64,000 nt of DNA from Eledone cirrhosa (Eukaryota): positions 37,386,001 through 37,450,000 of the forward strand of contig OZ024750.1 of assembly GCA_964016885.1 (NCBI GenBank), written 5' to 3'. Positions 25,501 to 40,300 of this stretch are shown piece after piece (the first letter of the stretch is position 1; the number at the start of each line of letters is the position of its first letter). The position numbers and the translations under genes were made by a program. Below the pieces are notes generated by a model. It made no database searches. It was given only the letters and a program-made list of their open reading frames with translations, and was not told where the DNA came from.

Positions 25501-28500
25501 ACAAAATATATATCAAAAAGTATATATATCGAAATCAGAAAGTATATATTTCGAAAGAAATAAAATCAATCCTTTTGGAAATATAACAATTTTTCGAAAT
25601 ACTGTGTAAAATGATCAATTTGTGAAAAACCTAAAATAATCAATTCGTTTATACTTTTCGAAATATTTACTTCTGATTTCTAAAATTGATTTTTTTAGGT
25701 TTTTCACAAATTGATCATTTTACACAGTATTTGGAAAAAATATTTTTTTTCAAAAAAATGTGTTTATACATTATGTTTCGACACGTTGAAAAACTTTTGA
25801 AAAATTCAAAATATATATCAATTTTCGAAATCAGAAAGTATATATTTCGAAAGAAATAAAATCAATCTTTTTTGAAAAAAAACAATTTTTCGAAATACTG
25901 TGTAAAATGATCAATTTGTGAAAAACCTAAAATAATCAATTTTTTATACTTTTCGAAATATTTACTTCTGATTTCTAAAATTGATTTTTTTAGGTTTTTC
26001 ACAAATTGATCATTTTACACAGTATTTGGAAAAAATGCATTGATTCGAAACGTTGAAAAATTTTTTAAAAATACAAAATATATATCAATTTTCGAAATCA
26101 GAAAGTATATATTTCGAAAGAAAAAAAATTATTTTTTTTTGAAAAAAAAACAATTTTTCGAAATACTGTGTAAAATGATCAATTTGTGAAAAACCTAAAA
26201 TAATCAATTTTTTTATACTTTTCGAAATATTTACTTCTGATTTCTAAAATTGATTTTTTTAGGTTTTTCACAAATTGATCATTTTACACAGTATTTGGAA
26301 AAAATGCATTGTTTCGACACGTTGAAAAATTTTTTAAAAATACAAAATATATATCAATTTTCGAAATCAGAAAGTATATTTCGAAAGAAAAAAAATCAAT
26401 CTTTTTTGAAAAAAAACAATTTTTCGAAATACTTTGTAAAATGAGAGATTTGTGATTAACCTAAAATAATCCATTTTTTAATACTTTTCGAAATATTTAC
26501 TTCTGATTTCTAAAATTGATTTTTTTAGGTTTTTCACAAATTGATCATTTTACACAGTATTTGGAAAAAATGCATTGTTTCGACACGTTGAAAAATTTTT
26601 TAAAAATACAAAATATATATCAATTTTCGAAATCAGAAAGTATATATTTCGAAAGAAAAAAAATTAATCTTTTTTTAAAAAAAACAATTTTTCGAAATAC
26701 TGTGTAAAATGATCAATTTGTGAAAAACCTAAAATAATCGATTTTTTTATACTTTTCGAAATATTTACTTCTGATTTCTAAAATTGATTTTTTTAGGTTT
26801 TTCACAAATTGATCATTTTACACAGTATTTGGAAAAAATATTTTTTTTCAAAAGAATGCGTTTATAAATTGTGTTTCGACACGTTGAAAAATACAAAATA
26901 TATATCAAAAAGTATATATATCGAAATCAGAAAGTATATATTTCGAAAGAAAAAAAATCAATCTTTTTTGAAAAGAAATTTTTCGAAATACTGTGTAAAA
27001 TGATCAATTTGTGAAAAACCTAAAATAATCAATTTTTTTATACTTTTCGAAATATTTACTTCTGATTTCTAAAATTGATTTTTTTAGGTTTTACACAAAT
27101 TGATCATTTTACACAGTATTTCGAAAAAATGCATTGTTTCGACACGTTGAAAAATACAAAATATATATCAATTTTCGAAATCAGAAAGTATATATTTCGA
27201 AAGAAAAAAAATTAATATTTTTTGAAAAAAAACAATTTTTCGAAATACTGTGTAAAATGATCAATTTGTGAAAAACCTAAAATAATCCATTTTTTTATAC
27301 TTTTCGAAATATTTACTTCTGATTTCTAAAATTGATTTTTTTAGGTCTTTCACAAATTGATCATTTTACACAGTATTTGGAAAAAATATTTTTTTTCAAA
27401 AGAATGCGGTTATAAATTGTGTTTCGACACGTTGAAAAATACAAAATATATATCAAAAAGTATATATATCGAAATCAGAAAGTATATATTTCGAAAGAAA
27501 AAAAATCAATCTTTTTTGAAAAGAAATTTTTCGAAATACTGTGTAAAATGAGCAATTTGTGAAAAACCTAAAATAATCAATTCGTTTATACTTTTCGAAA
27601 TATTTACTTCTGATTTCTAAAATTGATTTTTTTAGGTTTTTCACAAATTGCTCATTTTACACAGTATTTGGAAAAAATATTTTTTTTCAAAAAAATGTGT
27701 TTATACATTGTGTTTCGGCACGTTGAAAAACTTTTGAAAAATTCAAAATATATATCAATTTTCGAAATCAGAAAGTATATATTTCGAAAGAAAAAAAATT
27801 AATCTTTTTTGAAAAAAAACAATTTTTCGAAATACTGTGTAACATGATCAATTTGTGAAAAACCTAAAATAATCAATTTTTTTATACCTTTCGAAATATT
27901 TACTTCTGATTTCTAAAATTGATTTTTTTTAGGTTTTTCACAAATTGATCATTTTACACAGTATTTGGAAAAAATGCGTTATGTTTCGACACGTTGAAAA
28001 ACTTTTGAAAAATTCAAAATATATATCAATTTTCGAAATCAGAAAGTATATATTTCGAAAGAAAAAAAATCAATCTTTTTTGAAAAAAAACAATTTTTCG
28101 AAATACTGTGTAAAGTGATCAATTTGTGAAAAACCTAAAATAATCAATTTTTTTATACCTTTCGAAATATTTACTTCTGATTTCTAAAATTGATTTTTTT
28201 TAGGTTTTTCACAAATTGATCATTTTACACAGTATTTGGAAAAAATGCGTTATGTTTCGACACGTTGAAAAACTTTTGAAAAATTCAAAATATATATCAA
28301 TTTTCGAAATCAGAAAGTATATATTTCGAAAGAAAAAAAATCAATCTTTTTTGAAAAAAAACAATTTTTCGAAATACTGTGTAAAGTGATCAATTTGTGA
28401 AAAACCTAAAATAATCAATTTTTTTATACTTTTCGAAATATTTACTTCTGATTTCTAAAATTGATTTTTTTAGGTTTTTCACAAATTGATCATTTTACAC

Positions 28501-31500
28501 AGTATTTGGAAAAAATATTTTTTTTCAAAAAAATGTGTGTATACATTGTGTTTCGACACGTTGAAAAATATTTGAAAAATACAAAATATATATCAATTTT
28601 CGAAATTAGAAAGTATATATTTCGAAAGAAAAAAAATCAATCTTTTTTGAAAAAAAATTTTTCGAATTACTGTGTAAAATGATCAATTTGTGAAAAACCT
28701 AAATTAATAAATTTTTTTATAATTTTAGAAATATTTACTTCTGATTTCTAAAATTGATTTTTTTAGGTTTTTCACAAATTGATCATTTTACACAGTATTT
28801 GGAAAAAATGCATTGTTTCGACACGTTGAAAAATTTTTTAAAAATACAAAATATATATCAATTTTCGAAATCAGAAAGTATATATTTCGAAAGAAAAAAA
28901 ATTAATCTTTTTTGAAAAAAAACAATTTTTCGAAATACTGTGTAAAATGATCAATTTGTGAAAAACCTAAAATAATCAATTTTTTTATACTTTTCGAAAT
29001 ATTTACTTCTGATTTCTAAAATTGATTTTTTTTAGGTTTTTCACAAATTGATCATTTTACACAGTATTTGGAAAAAATATTTTTTTTCAAAAGAATGCGT
29101 TTATAAATTGTGTTTCGACACGTTGAAAAATACAAAATATATATCAATTTTCGAAATCAGAAAGTATATATTTCGAAAGAAAAAAAATTAATCTTTTTTG
29201 AAAAAAAACAATTTTTCGAAATACTGTGTAAAATGATCAATTTGTGAAAAACATAAAATAATCAATTTTTTTATACTTTTCGAAATATTTACTTCTGATT
29301 TCTAAAATTGATTTTTTTAGGTCTTTCACAAATTGATCATTTTACACAGTATTAGGAAAAAATATTTTTTTTCAAAAAAATGTGTTTATACATTGTGTTT
29401 CGACACGTTGAAAAATATTTGAAAAATACAAAATATATATCAATTTTCGCAATCAGAAAGTATATATTTCGAAAGAAAAAAAATCAATCTTTTTTGAAAA
29501 GAAATTTTTCGAAATACTGTGTAAAATGATCAATTTGTGAAAAACCTAAAATAATCAATTTTTTTATACTTTTCGAAATATTTACTTCTGATTTCTAAAA
29601 TTGATTTTTTTAGGTTTTACACAGTATTTGGAAAAAAGGCGTTTATACATTTAGTTTCGACACGTTGAAAAATACAAAATATATATCAATTTTCGAAATC
29701 AGAAAGTATATATTTCGAAAGAAAAAAAATTAATCTTTTTTGAAAAAAAACAATTTTTCGAAATACTGTGTAAAATGATCAATTTGTGAAAAACCTAAAA
29801 TAATCCATTTTTTTATACTTTTCGAAATATTTACTTCTGATTTCTAAAATTGATTTTTTTAGGTTTTTCACAAATTGATCATTTTACACAGTATTTGGAA
29901 AAAATGCATTGTTTAGACACGTTGAAAAATTTTTTAAAAATACAAAATATATATCAATTTTCGAAATCAGAAACTATATTTCGAAAGAAAAAAAATCAAT
30001 CTTTTTTGAAAAAAAACAATTTTTCGAAATACTTTGTAAAATGATAGATTTGTGAAAAACCTAAAATAATCCATTTTTTTATACTTTTCGAAATATTTAC
30101 TTCTGATTTCTAAAATTGATTTTTTTAGGTTTTTCACAAATTGATCATTTTACACAGTATTTGGAAAAAATATTTTTTTTCAAAAGAATGCGGTTATAAA
30201 TTGTGTTTCGACACGTTGAAAAATACAAAATATATATCAAAAAGTATATATATCGAAATCAGAAAGTATATATTTCGAAAGAAATAAAATCAATCCTTTT
30301 TGAAATATAACAATTTTTCGAAATACTGTGTAAAATGATCAATTTGTGAAAAACCTAAAATAATCAATTCGTTTATACTTTTCGAAATATTTACTTCTGA
30401 TTTCTAAAATTGATTTTTTTAGGTTTTTCACAAATTGATCATTTTACACAGTATTTGGAAAAAATATTTTTTTTCAAAAAAATGTGTTTATACATTGTGT
30501 TTCGACACGTTGAAAAACTTTTGAAAAATACAAAATATATATCAATTTTCGAAATCAGAAAGTATATTTCGAAAGAAAAAAAATCAATCTTTTTTGATAA
30601 AAAACAATTATTCGAAATACTTTGTAAAATGATAGATTTGTGAAAAACCTAAAATAATCCATTTTTTTATACTTTTCGAAATATTTACTTCTGATTTCTA
30701 AAATTGATTTTTTTAGGTTTTTCACAAATTGAACATTTTACACAGTATTTGGAAAAAATGCGTTATGTTTCGACACGTTGAAAAACTTTTGAAAAATTCA
30801 AAATATATATCAATTTTCGAAATCAGAAAGTATATATTTCGAAAGAAATAAAATCAATCTTTTTTGAAAAAAAACAATTTTTCGAAATACTGTGTAACAT
30901 GATCATATTGTGAAAAACCTAAATTAATAAATTTTTTTATAATTTTAGAAATATTTACTTCTGATTTCTAACATTGATTTTTTTAGGTTTTACACAGTAT
31001 TTGGAAAAAATGCGTTTATACATTATGTTTCGACACGTTGAAAAATTTTTTTAAAAATACAAAATATATATCAATTTTCGAAATCAGAAAGTATATATTT
31101 CGAAAGAAAAAAAATTAATCTTTTTTGAAAAAAAACAATTTTTCGAAATACTGTGTAAAATGATCAATTTGTGAAAAACCTAAAATAATCAATTTTTTAT
31201 ACTTTTCGAAATATTTACTTCTGATTTCTAAAATTGATTTTTTTAGGTTTTTCACAAATTGATCATTTTACACAGTATTTGGAAAAAATATTTTTTTTCA
31301 AAAAAATGCGTTTATAAATTGTGTTTCGACACGTTGAAAAATACAATATATATATCAATTTTCGAAATCAGAAAGTATATATTTCGAAAGAAAAAAAATC
31401 AATCTTTTTTGAAATAAAACAATTTTTCGAAATACTGTGTAAAATGATCAATTTGTGAAAAACCTAAAATAATCAATTTTTTAAAACTTTTCGAACTATT

Positions 31501-34500
31501 TACTTCGAATTTCTAAAATTGATTTTTTTAGGTTTTACACAGTATTTAGAAAAAAGGCGTTTATACATTGTTTCGACACGTTGAAAAATTTTTTAAAAAT
31601 ACAAAATATATATCAATTTTCGAAATCTGAAAGTATATATTTCGAAAGAAAAAAAAACATCTTTTTTGAAAAAAAACAATTTTTCGAAATACTGTGTAAA
31701 ATGATCAATTTGTGAAAAACCTAAAATAATCAATTTTTTTATACCTTTCGAAATATTTACTTCTGATTTCTAAAATTGATTTTTTTTAGGTTTTTTACAA
31801 ATTGATCATTTTACACAGTAGTGGGAAAAAATGCGTTTATACATTATGTTTCGACACGTTGAAAAATTTTTTAAAAATACAAAATATATATGAATCATTT
31901 TACACAGTATTTGGAAAAAATATTTTTTTTCAAAAAAATGTGTTTATACATTGTGTTTCGACACGTTGAAAAATATTTGAAAAATACAAAATATATATCA
32001 ATTTTCGAAATTAGAAAGTATATATTTCGAAAGAAAAAAAATCAATCTTTTTTGAAAAAAAATTTTTCGAATTACTGTGTAAAATGATCAATTTGTGAAA
32101 AACCTAAATTAATAAATTTTTTTATAATTTTAGAAATATTTACTTCTGATTTCTAAAATTGATTTTTTTAGGTTTTTCACAAATTGATCATTTTACACAG
32201 TATTTGGAAAAAATATTTTTTTTCAAAAGAATGCGTTTATAAATTGTGTTTCGACACGTTGAAAAATACAAAATATATATCAATTTTCGAAATCAGAAAG
32301 TATATATTTCGAAAGAAAAAAAATTAATCTTTTTTGAAAAAAAACAATTTTTCGAAATACTGTGTAAAATGATCAATTTGTGAAAAACCTAAAATAATCC
32401 ATTTTTTTATACTTTTCGAAATATTTACTTCTGATTTCTAAAATTGATTTTTTTAGGTTTTTCACAAATTGATCATTTTACACAGTATTTGGAAAAAATG
32501 CATTGTTTAGACACGTTGAAAAATTTTTTAAAAATACAAAATATATATCAATTTTCGAAATCAGAAACTATATTTCGAAAGAAAAAAAATCAATCTTTTT
32601 TGAAAAAAAACAATTTTTCGAAATACTTTGTAAAATGATCAATTTGTGAAAAACCTAAAATAATAAATTTTTTTATAATTTTCGAAATATTTACTTCTGA
32701 TTTCTAAAATTGATTTTTTTAGGTTTTTCACAAATTGATCATTTTACACAGTATTTGGAAAAAATATTTTTTTTCAAAAGAATGCGGTTATAAATTGTGT
32801 TTCGACACGTTGAAAAATACAAAATATATATCAAAAAGTATATATATCGAAATCAGAAAGTATATATTTCGAAAGAAATAAAATCAATCCTTTTGGAAAT
32901 ATAACAATTTTTCGAAATACTGTGTAAAATGATCAATTTGTGAAAAACCTAAAATAATCAATTCGTTTATACTTTTCGAAATATTTACTTCTGATTTCTA
33001 AAATTGATTTTTTTAGGTTTTTCACAAATTGATCATTTTACACAGTATTTGGAAAAAATATTTTTTTTCAAAAAAATGTGTTTATACATTATGTTTCGAC
33101 ACGTTGAAAAACTTTTGAAAAATTCAAAATATATATCAATTTTCGAAATCAGAAAGTATATATTTCGAAAGAAATAAAATCAATCTTTTTTGAAAAAAAA
33201 CAATTTTTCGAAATACTGTGTAAAATGATCAATTTGTGAAAAACCTAAAATAATCAATTTTTTATACTTTTCGAAATATTTACTTCTGATTTCTAAAATT
33301 GATTTTTTTAGGTTTTTCACAAATTGATCATTTTACACAGTATTTGGAAAAAATGCATTGATTCGAAACGTTGAAAAATTTTTTAAAAATACAAAATATA
33401 TATCAATTTTCGAAATCAGAAAGTATATATTTCGAAAGAAAAAAAATTATTTTTTTTTGAAAAAAAAACAATTTTTCGAAATACTGTGTAAAATGATCAA
33501 TTTGTGAAAAACCTAAAATAATCAATTTTTTTATACTTTTCGAAATATTTACTTCTGATTTCTAAAATTGATTTTTTTAGGTTTTTCACAAATTGATCAT
33601 TTTACACAGTATTTGGAAAAAATGCATTGTTTCGACACGTTGAAAAATTTTTTAAAAATACAAAATATATATCAATTTTCGAAATCAGAAAGTATATTTC
33701 GAAAGAAAAAAAATCAATCTTTTTTGAAAAAAAACAATTTTTCGAAATACTTTGTAAAATGAGAGATTTGTGATTAACCTAAAATAATCCATTTTTTAAT
33801 ACTTTTCGAAATATTTACTTCTGATTTCTAAAATTGATTTTTTTAGGTTTTTCACAAATTGATCATTTTACACAGTATTTGGAAAAAATGCATTGTTTCG
33901 ACACGTTGAAAAATTTTTTAAAAATACAAAATATATATCAATTTTCGAAATCAGAAAGTATATATTTCGAAAGAAAAAAAATTAATCTTTTTTTAAAAAA
34001 AACAATTTTTCGAAATACTGTGTAAAATGATCAATTTGTGAAAAACCTAAAATAATCGATTTTTTTATACTTTTCGAAATATTTACTTCTGATTTCTAAA
34101 ATTGATTTTTTTAGGTTTTTCACAAATTGATCATTTTACACAGTATTTGGAAAAAATATTTTTTTTCAAAAGAATGCGTTTATAAATTGTGTTTCGACAC
34201 GTTGAAAAATACAAAATATATATCAAAAAGTATATATATCGAAATCAGAAAGTATATATTTCGAAAGAAAAAAAATCAATCTTTTTTGAAAAGAAATTTT
34301 TCGAAATACTGTGTAAAATGATCAATTTGTGAAAAACCTAAAATAATCAATTTTTTTATACTTTTCGAAATATTTACTTCTGATTTCTAAAATTGATTTT
34401 TTTAGGTTTTACACAAATTGATCATTTTACACAGTATTTCGAAAAAATGCATTGTTTCGACACGTTGAAAAATACAAAATATATATCAATTTTCGAAATC

Positions 34501-37360
34501 AGAAAGTATATATTTCGAAAGAAAAAAAATTAATATTTTTTGAAAAAAAACAATTTTTCGAAATACTGTGTAAAATGATCAATTTGTGAAAAACCTAAAA
34601 TAATCCATTTTTTTATACTTTTCGAAATATTTACTTCTGATTTCTAAAATTGATTTTTTTAGGTCTTTCACAAATTGATCATTTTACACAGTATTTGGAA
34701 AAAATATTTTTTTTCAAAAGAATGCGGTTATAAATTGTGTTTCGACACGTTGAAAAATACAAAATATATATCAAAAAGTATATATATCGAAATCAGAAAG
34801 TATATATTTCGAAAGAAAAAAAATCAATCTTTTTTGAAAAGAAATTTTTCGAAATACTGTGTAAAATGAGCAATTTGTGAAAAACCTAAAATAATCAATT
34901 CGTTTATACTTTTCGAAATATTTACTTCTGATTTCTAAAATTGATTTTTTTAGGTTTTTCACAAATTGCTCATTTTACACAGTATTTGGAAAAAATATTT
35001 TTTTTCAAAAAAATGTGTTTATACATTGTGTTTCGGCACGTTGAAAAACTTTTGAAAAATTCAAAATATATATCAATTTTCGAAATCAGAAAGTATATAT
35101 TTCGAAAGAAAAAAAATTAATCTTTTTTGAAAAAAAACAATTTTTCGAAATACTGTGTAACATGATCAATTTGTGAAAAACCTAAAATAATCAATTTTTT
35201 TATACCTTTCGAAATATTTACTTCTGATTTCTAAAATTGATTTTTTTTAGGTTTTTCACAAATTGATCATTTTACACAGTATTTGGAAAAAATGCGTTAT
35301 GTTTCGACACGTTGAAAAACTTTTGAAAAATTCAAAATATATATCAATTTTCGAAATCAGAAAGTATATATTTCGAAAGAAAAAAAATCAATCTTTTTTG
35401 AAAAAAAACAATTTTTCGAAATACTGTGTAAAGTGATCAATTTGTGAAAAACCTAAAATAATCAATTTTTTTATACCTTTCGAAATATTTACTTCTGATT
35501 TCTAAAATTGATTTTTTTTAGGTTTTTCACAAATTGATCATTTTACACAGTATTTGGAAAAAATGCGTTATGTTTCGACACGTTGAAAAACTTTTGAAAA
35601 ATTCAAAATATATATCAATTTTCGAAATCAGAAAGTATATATTTCGAAAGAAAAAAAATCAATCTTTTTTGAAAAAAAACAATTTTTCGAAATACTGTGT
35701 AAAGTGATCAATTTGTGAAAAACCTAAAATAATCAATTTTTTTATACTTTTCGAAATATTTACTTCTGATTTCTAAAATTGATTTTTTTAGGTTTTTCAC
35801 AAATTGATCATTTTACACAGTATTTGGAAAAAATATTTTTTTTCAAAAAAATGTGTGTATACATTGTGTTTCGACACGTTGAAAAATATTTGAAAAATAC
35901 AAAATATATATCAATTTTCGAAATTAGAAAGTATATATTTCGAAAGAAAAAAAATCAATCTTTTTTGAAAAAAAATTTTTCGAATTACTGTGTAAAATGA
36001 TCAATTTGTGAAAAACCTAAATTAATAAATTTTTTTATAATTTTAGAAATATTTACTTCTGATTTCTAAAATTGATTTTTTTAGGTTTTTCACAAATTGA
36101 TCATTTTACACAGTATTTGGAAAAAATGCATTGTTTCGACACGTTGAAAAATTTTTTAAAAATACAAAATATATATCAATTTTCGAAATCAGAAAGTATA
36201 TATTTCGAAAGAAAAAAAATTAATCTTTTTTGAAAAAAAACAATTTTTCGAAATACTGTGTAAAATGATCAATTTGTGAAAAACCTAAAATAATCAATTT
36301 TTTTATACTTTTCGAAATATTTACTTCTGATTTCTAAAATTGATTTTTTTTAGGTTTTTCACAAATTGATCATTTTACACAGTATTTGGAAAAAATATTT
36401 TTTTTCAAAAGAATGCGTTTATAAATTGTGTTTCGACACGTTGAAAAATACAAAATATATATCAATTTTCGAAATCAGAAAGTATATATTTCGAAAGAAA
36501 AAAAATTAATCTTTTTTGAAAAAAAACAATTTTTCGAAATACTGTGTAAAATGATCAATTTGTGAAAAACATAAAATAATCAATTTTTTTATACTTTTCG
36601 AAATATTTACTTCTGATTTCTAAAATTGATTTTTTTAGGTCTTTCACAAATTGATCATTTTACACAGTATTAGGAAAAAATATTTTTTTTCAAAAAAATG
36701 TGTTTATACATTGTGTTTCGACACGTTGAAAAATATTTGAAAAATACAAAATATATATCAATTTTCGCAATCAGAAAGTATATATTTCGAAAGAAAAAAA
36801 ATCAATCTTTTTTGAAAAGAAATTTTTCGAAATACTGTGTAAAATGATCAATTTGTGAAAAACCTAAAATAATCAATTTTTTTATACTTTTCGAAATATT
36901 TACTTCTGATTTCTAAAATTGATTTTTTTAGGTTTTACACAGTATTTGGAAAAAAGGCGTTTATACATTTAGTTTCGACACGTTGAAAAATACAAAATAT
37001 ATATCAATTTTCGAAATCAGAAAGTATATATTTCGAAAGAAAAAAAATTAATCTTTTTTGAAAAAAAACAATTTTTCGAAATACTGTGTAAAATGATCAA
37101 TTTGTGAAAAACCTAAAATAATCCATTTTTTTATACTTTTCGAAATATTTACTTCTGATTTCTAAAATTGATTTTTTTAGGTTTTTCACAAATTGATCAT
37201 TTTACACAGTATTTGGAAAAAATGCATTGTTTAGACACGTTGAAAAATTTTTTAAAAATACAAAATATATATCAATTTTCGAAATCAGAAACTATATTTC
37301 GAAAGAAAAAAAATCAATCTTTTTTGAAAAAAAACAATTTTTCGAAATACTTTGTAAAAT
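22600..37360 (+). repeat. Higher-order tandem duplication, period 7318 bp (26 units including one composite monomer), 2 copies
   Basis: Constant offset 7318 for ORFs 23092/30410, 24572/31890, 25126/32444, 26250/33568, 26809/34127, 28461/35779, 29850/37168. Shared private variants: tagtgggaa, tgtgattaacc, aattgctcat, gtattaggaa. Confidence 0.93.
24471..24852 (+). repeat. Composite 382 bp monomer (truncated monomer fused to the next); 6 copies in the window
   Basis: Junction aaaatatatatgaatcattttacacag at ~24572, 31890, 40351, 58639, 60907 and 63191. Confidence 0.92.
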
Positions 37361-40300
37361 GATCAATTTGTGAAAAACCTAAAATAATAAATTTTTTTAT
37401 AATTTTCGAAATATTTACTTCTGATTTCTAAAATTGATTTTTTTAGGTTTTTCACAAATTGATCATTTTACACAGTATTTGGAAAAAATATTTTTTTTCA
37501 AAAGAATGCGGTTATAAATTGTGTTTCGACACGTTGAAAAATACAAAATATATATCAAAAAGTATATATATCGAAATCAGAAAGTATATATTTCGAAAGA
37601 AATAAAATCAATCCTTTTGGAAATATAACAATTTTTCGAAATACTGTGTAAAATGATCAATTTGTGAAAAACCTAAAATAATCAATTCGTTTATACTTTT
37701 CGAAATATTTACTTCTGATTTCTAAAATTGATTTTTTTAGGTTTTTCACAAATTGATCATTTTACACAGTATTTGGAAAAAATATTTTTTTTCAAAAAAA
37801 TGTGTTTATACATTATGTTTCGACACGTTGAAAAACTTTTGAAAAATTCAAAATATATATCAATTTTCGAAATCAGAAAGTATATATTTCGAAAGAAATA
37901 AAATCAATCTTTTTTGAAAAAAAACAATTTTTCGAAATACTGTGTAAAATGATCAATTTGTGAAAAACCTAAAATAATCAATTTTTTATACTTTTCGAAA
38001 TATTTACTTCTGATTTCTAAAATTGATTTTTTTAGGTTTTTCACAAATTGATCATTTTACACAGTATTTGGAAAAAATGCATTGATTCGAAACGTTGAAA
38101 AATTTTTTAAAAATACAAAATATATATCAATTTTCGAAATCAGAAAGTATATATTTCGAAAGAAAAAAAATTATTTTTTTTTGAAAAAAAAACAATTTTT
38201 CGAAATACTGTGTAAAATGATCAATTTGTGAAAAACCTAAAATAATCAATTTTTTTATACTTTTCGAAATATTTACTTCTGATTTCTAAAATTGATTTTT
38301 TTAGGTTTTTCACAAATTGATCATTTTACACAGTATTTGGAAAAAATATTTTTTTTCAAAAGAATGCGTTTATAAATTGTTTCGACACGTTGAAAAATAC
38401 AAAATATATATCAAAAAGTATATATATCGAAATCAGAAAGTATATATTTCGAAAGAAAAAAAATCAATCTTTTTTGAAAAGAAATTTTTCGAAATACTGT
38501 GTAAAATGATCAATTTGTGAAAAACCTAAAATAATCAATTTTTTTATACTTTTCGAAATATTTACTTCTGATTTCTAAAATTGATTTTTTTAGGTTTTAC
38601 ACAAATTGATCATTTTACACAGTATTTCGAAAAAATGCATTGTTTCGACACGTTGAAAAATACAAAATATATATCAATTTTCGAAATCAGAAAGTATATA
38701 TTTCGAAAGAAAAAAAATTAATATTTTTTGAAAAAAAACAATTTTTCGAAATACTGTGTAAAATGATCAATTTGTGAAAAACCTAAAATAATCCATTTTT
38801 TTATACTTTTCGAAATATTTACTTCTGATTTCTAAAATTGATTTTTTTAGGTCTTTCACAAATTGATCATTTTACACAGTATTTGGAAAAAATATTTTTT
38901 TTCAAAAGAATGCGGTTATAAATTGTGTTTCGACACGTTGAAAAATACAAAATATATATCAAAAAGTATATATATCGAAATCAGAAAGTATATATTTCGA
39001 AAGAAAAAAAATCAATCTTTTTTGAAAAGAAATTTTTCGAAATACTGTGTAAAATGAGCAATTTGTGAAAAACCTAAAATAATCAATTCGTTTATACTTT
39101 TCGAAATATTTACTTCTGATTTCTAAAATTGATTTTTTTAGGTTTTTCACAAATTGATCATTTTACACAGTATTTGGAAAAAATATTTTTTTTCAAAAAA
39201 ATGTGTTTATACATTGTGTTTCGGCACGTTGAAAAACTTTTGAAAAATTCAAAATATATATCAATTTTCGAAATCAGAAAGTATATATTTCGAAAGAAAA
39301 AAAATTAATCTTTTTTGAAAAAAAACAATTTTTCGAAATACTGTGTAACATGATCAATTTGTGAAAAACCTAAAATAATCAATTTTTTTATACCTTTCGA
39401 AATATTTACTTCTGATTTCTAAAATTGATTTTTTTTAGGTTTTTCACAAATTGATCATTTTACACAGTATTTGGAAAAAATGCGTTATGTTTCGACACGT
39501 TGAAAAACTTTTGAAAAATTCAAAATATATATCAATTTTCGAAATCAGAAAGTATATATTTCGAAAGAAAAAAAATCAATCTTTTTTGAAAAAAAACAAT
39601 TTTTCGAAATACTGTGTAAAGTGATCAATTTGTGAAAAACCTAAAATAATCAATTTTTTTATACTTTTCGAAATATTTACTTCTGATTTCTAAAATTGAT
39701 TTTTTTAGGTTTTTCACAAATTGATCATTTTACACAGTATTTGGAAAAAATATTTTTTTTCAAAAAAATGTGTTTATACATTGTGTTTCGACACGTTGAA
39801 AAATACAATATATATATCAATTTTCGAAATCAGAAAGTATATATTTCGAAAGAAAAAAAATCAATCTTTTTTGAAATAAAACAATTTTTCGAAATACTGT
39901 GTAAAATGATCAATTTGTGAAAAACCTAAAATAATTAATTTTTTTAAACTTTTCGAAATATTTACTTCGAATTTCTAAAATTGATTTTTTTAGGTTTTAC
40001 ACAGTATTTAGAAAAAAGGCGTTTATACATTGTTTCGACACGTTGAAAAATTTTTTAAAAATACAAAATATATATCAATTTTCGAAATCTGAAAGTATAT
40101 ATTTCGAAAGAAAAAAAAACATCTTTTTTGAAAAAAAACAATTTTTCGAAATACTGTGTAAAATGATCAATTTGTGAAAAACCTAAAATAATCAATTTTT
40201 TTATACCTTTCGAAATATTTACTTCTGATTTCTAAAATTGATTTTTTTTAGGTTTTTTACAAATTGATCATTTTACACAGTATTGGGAAAAAATGCGTTT

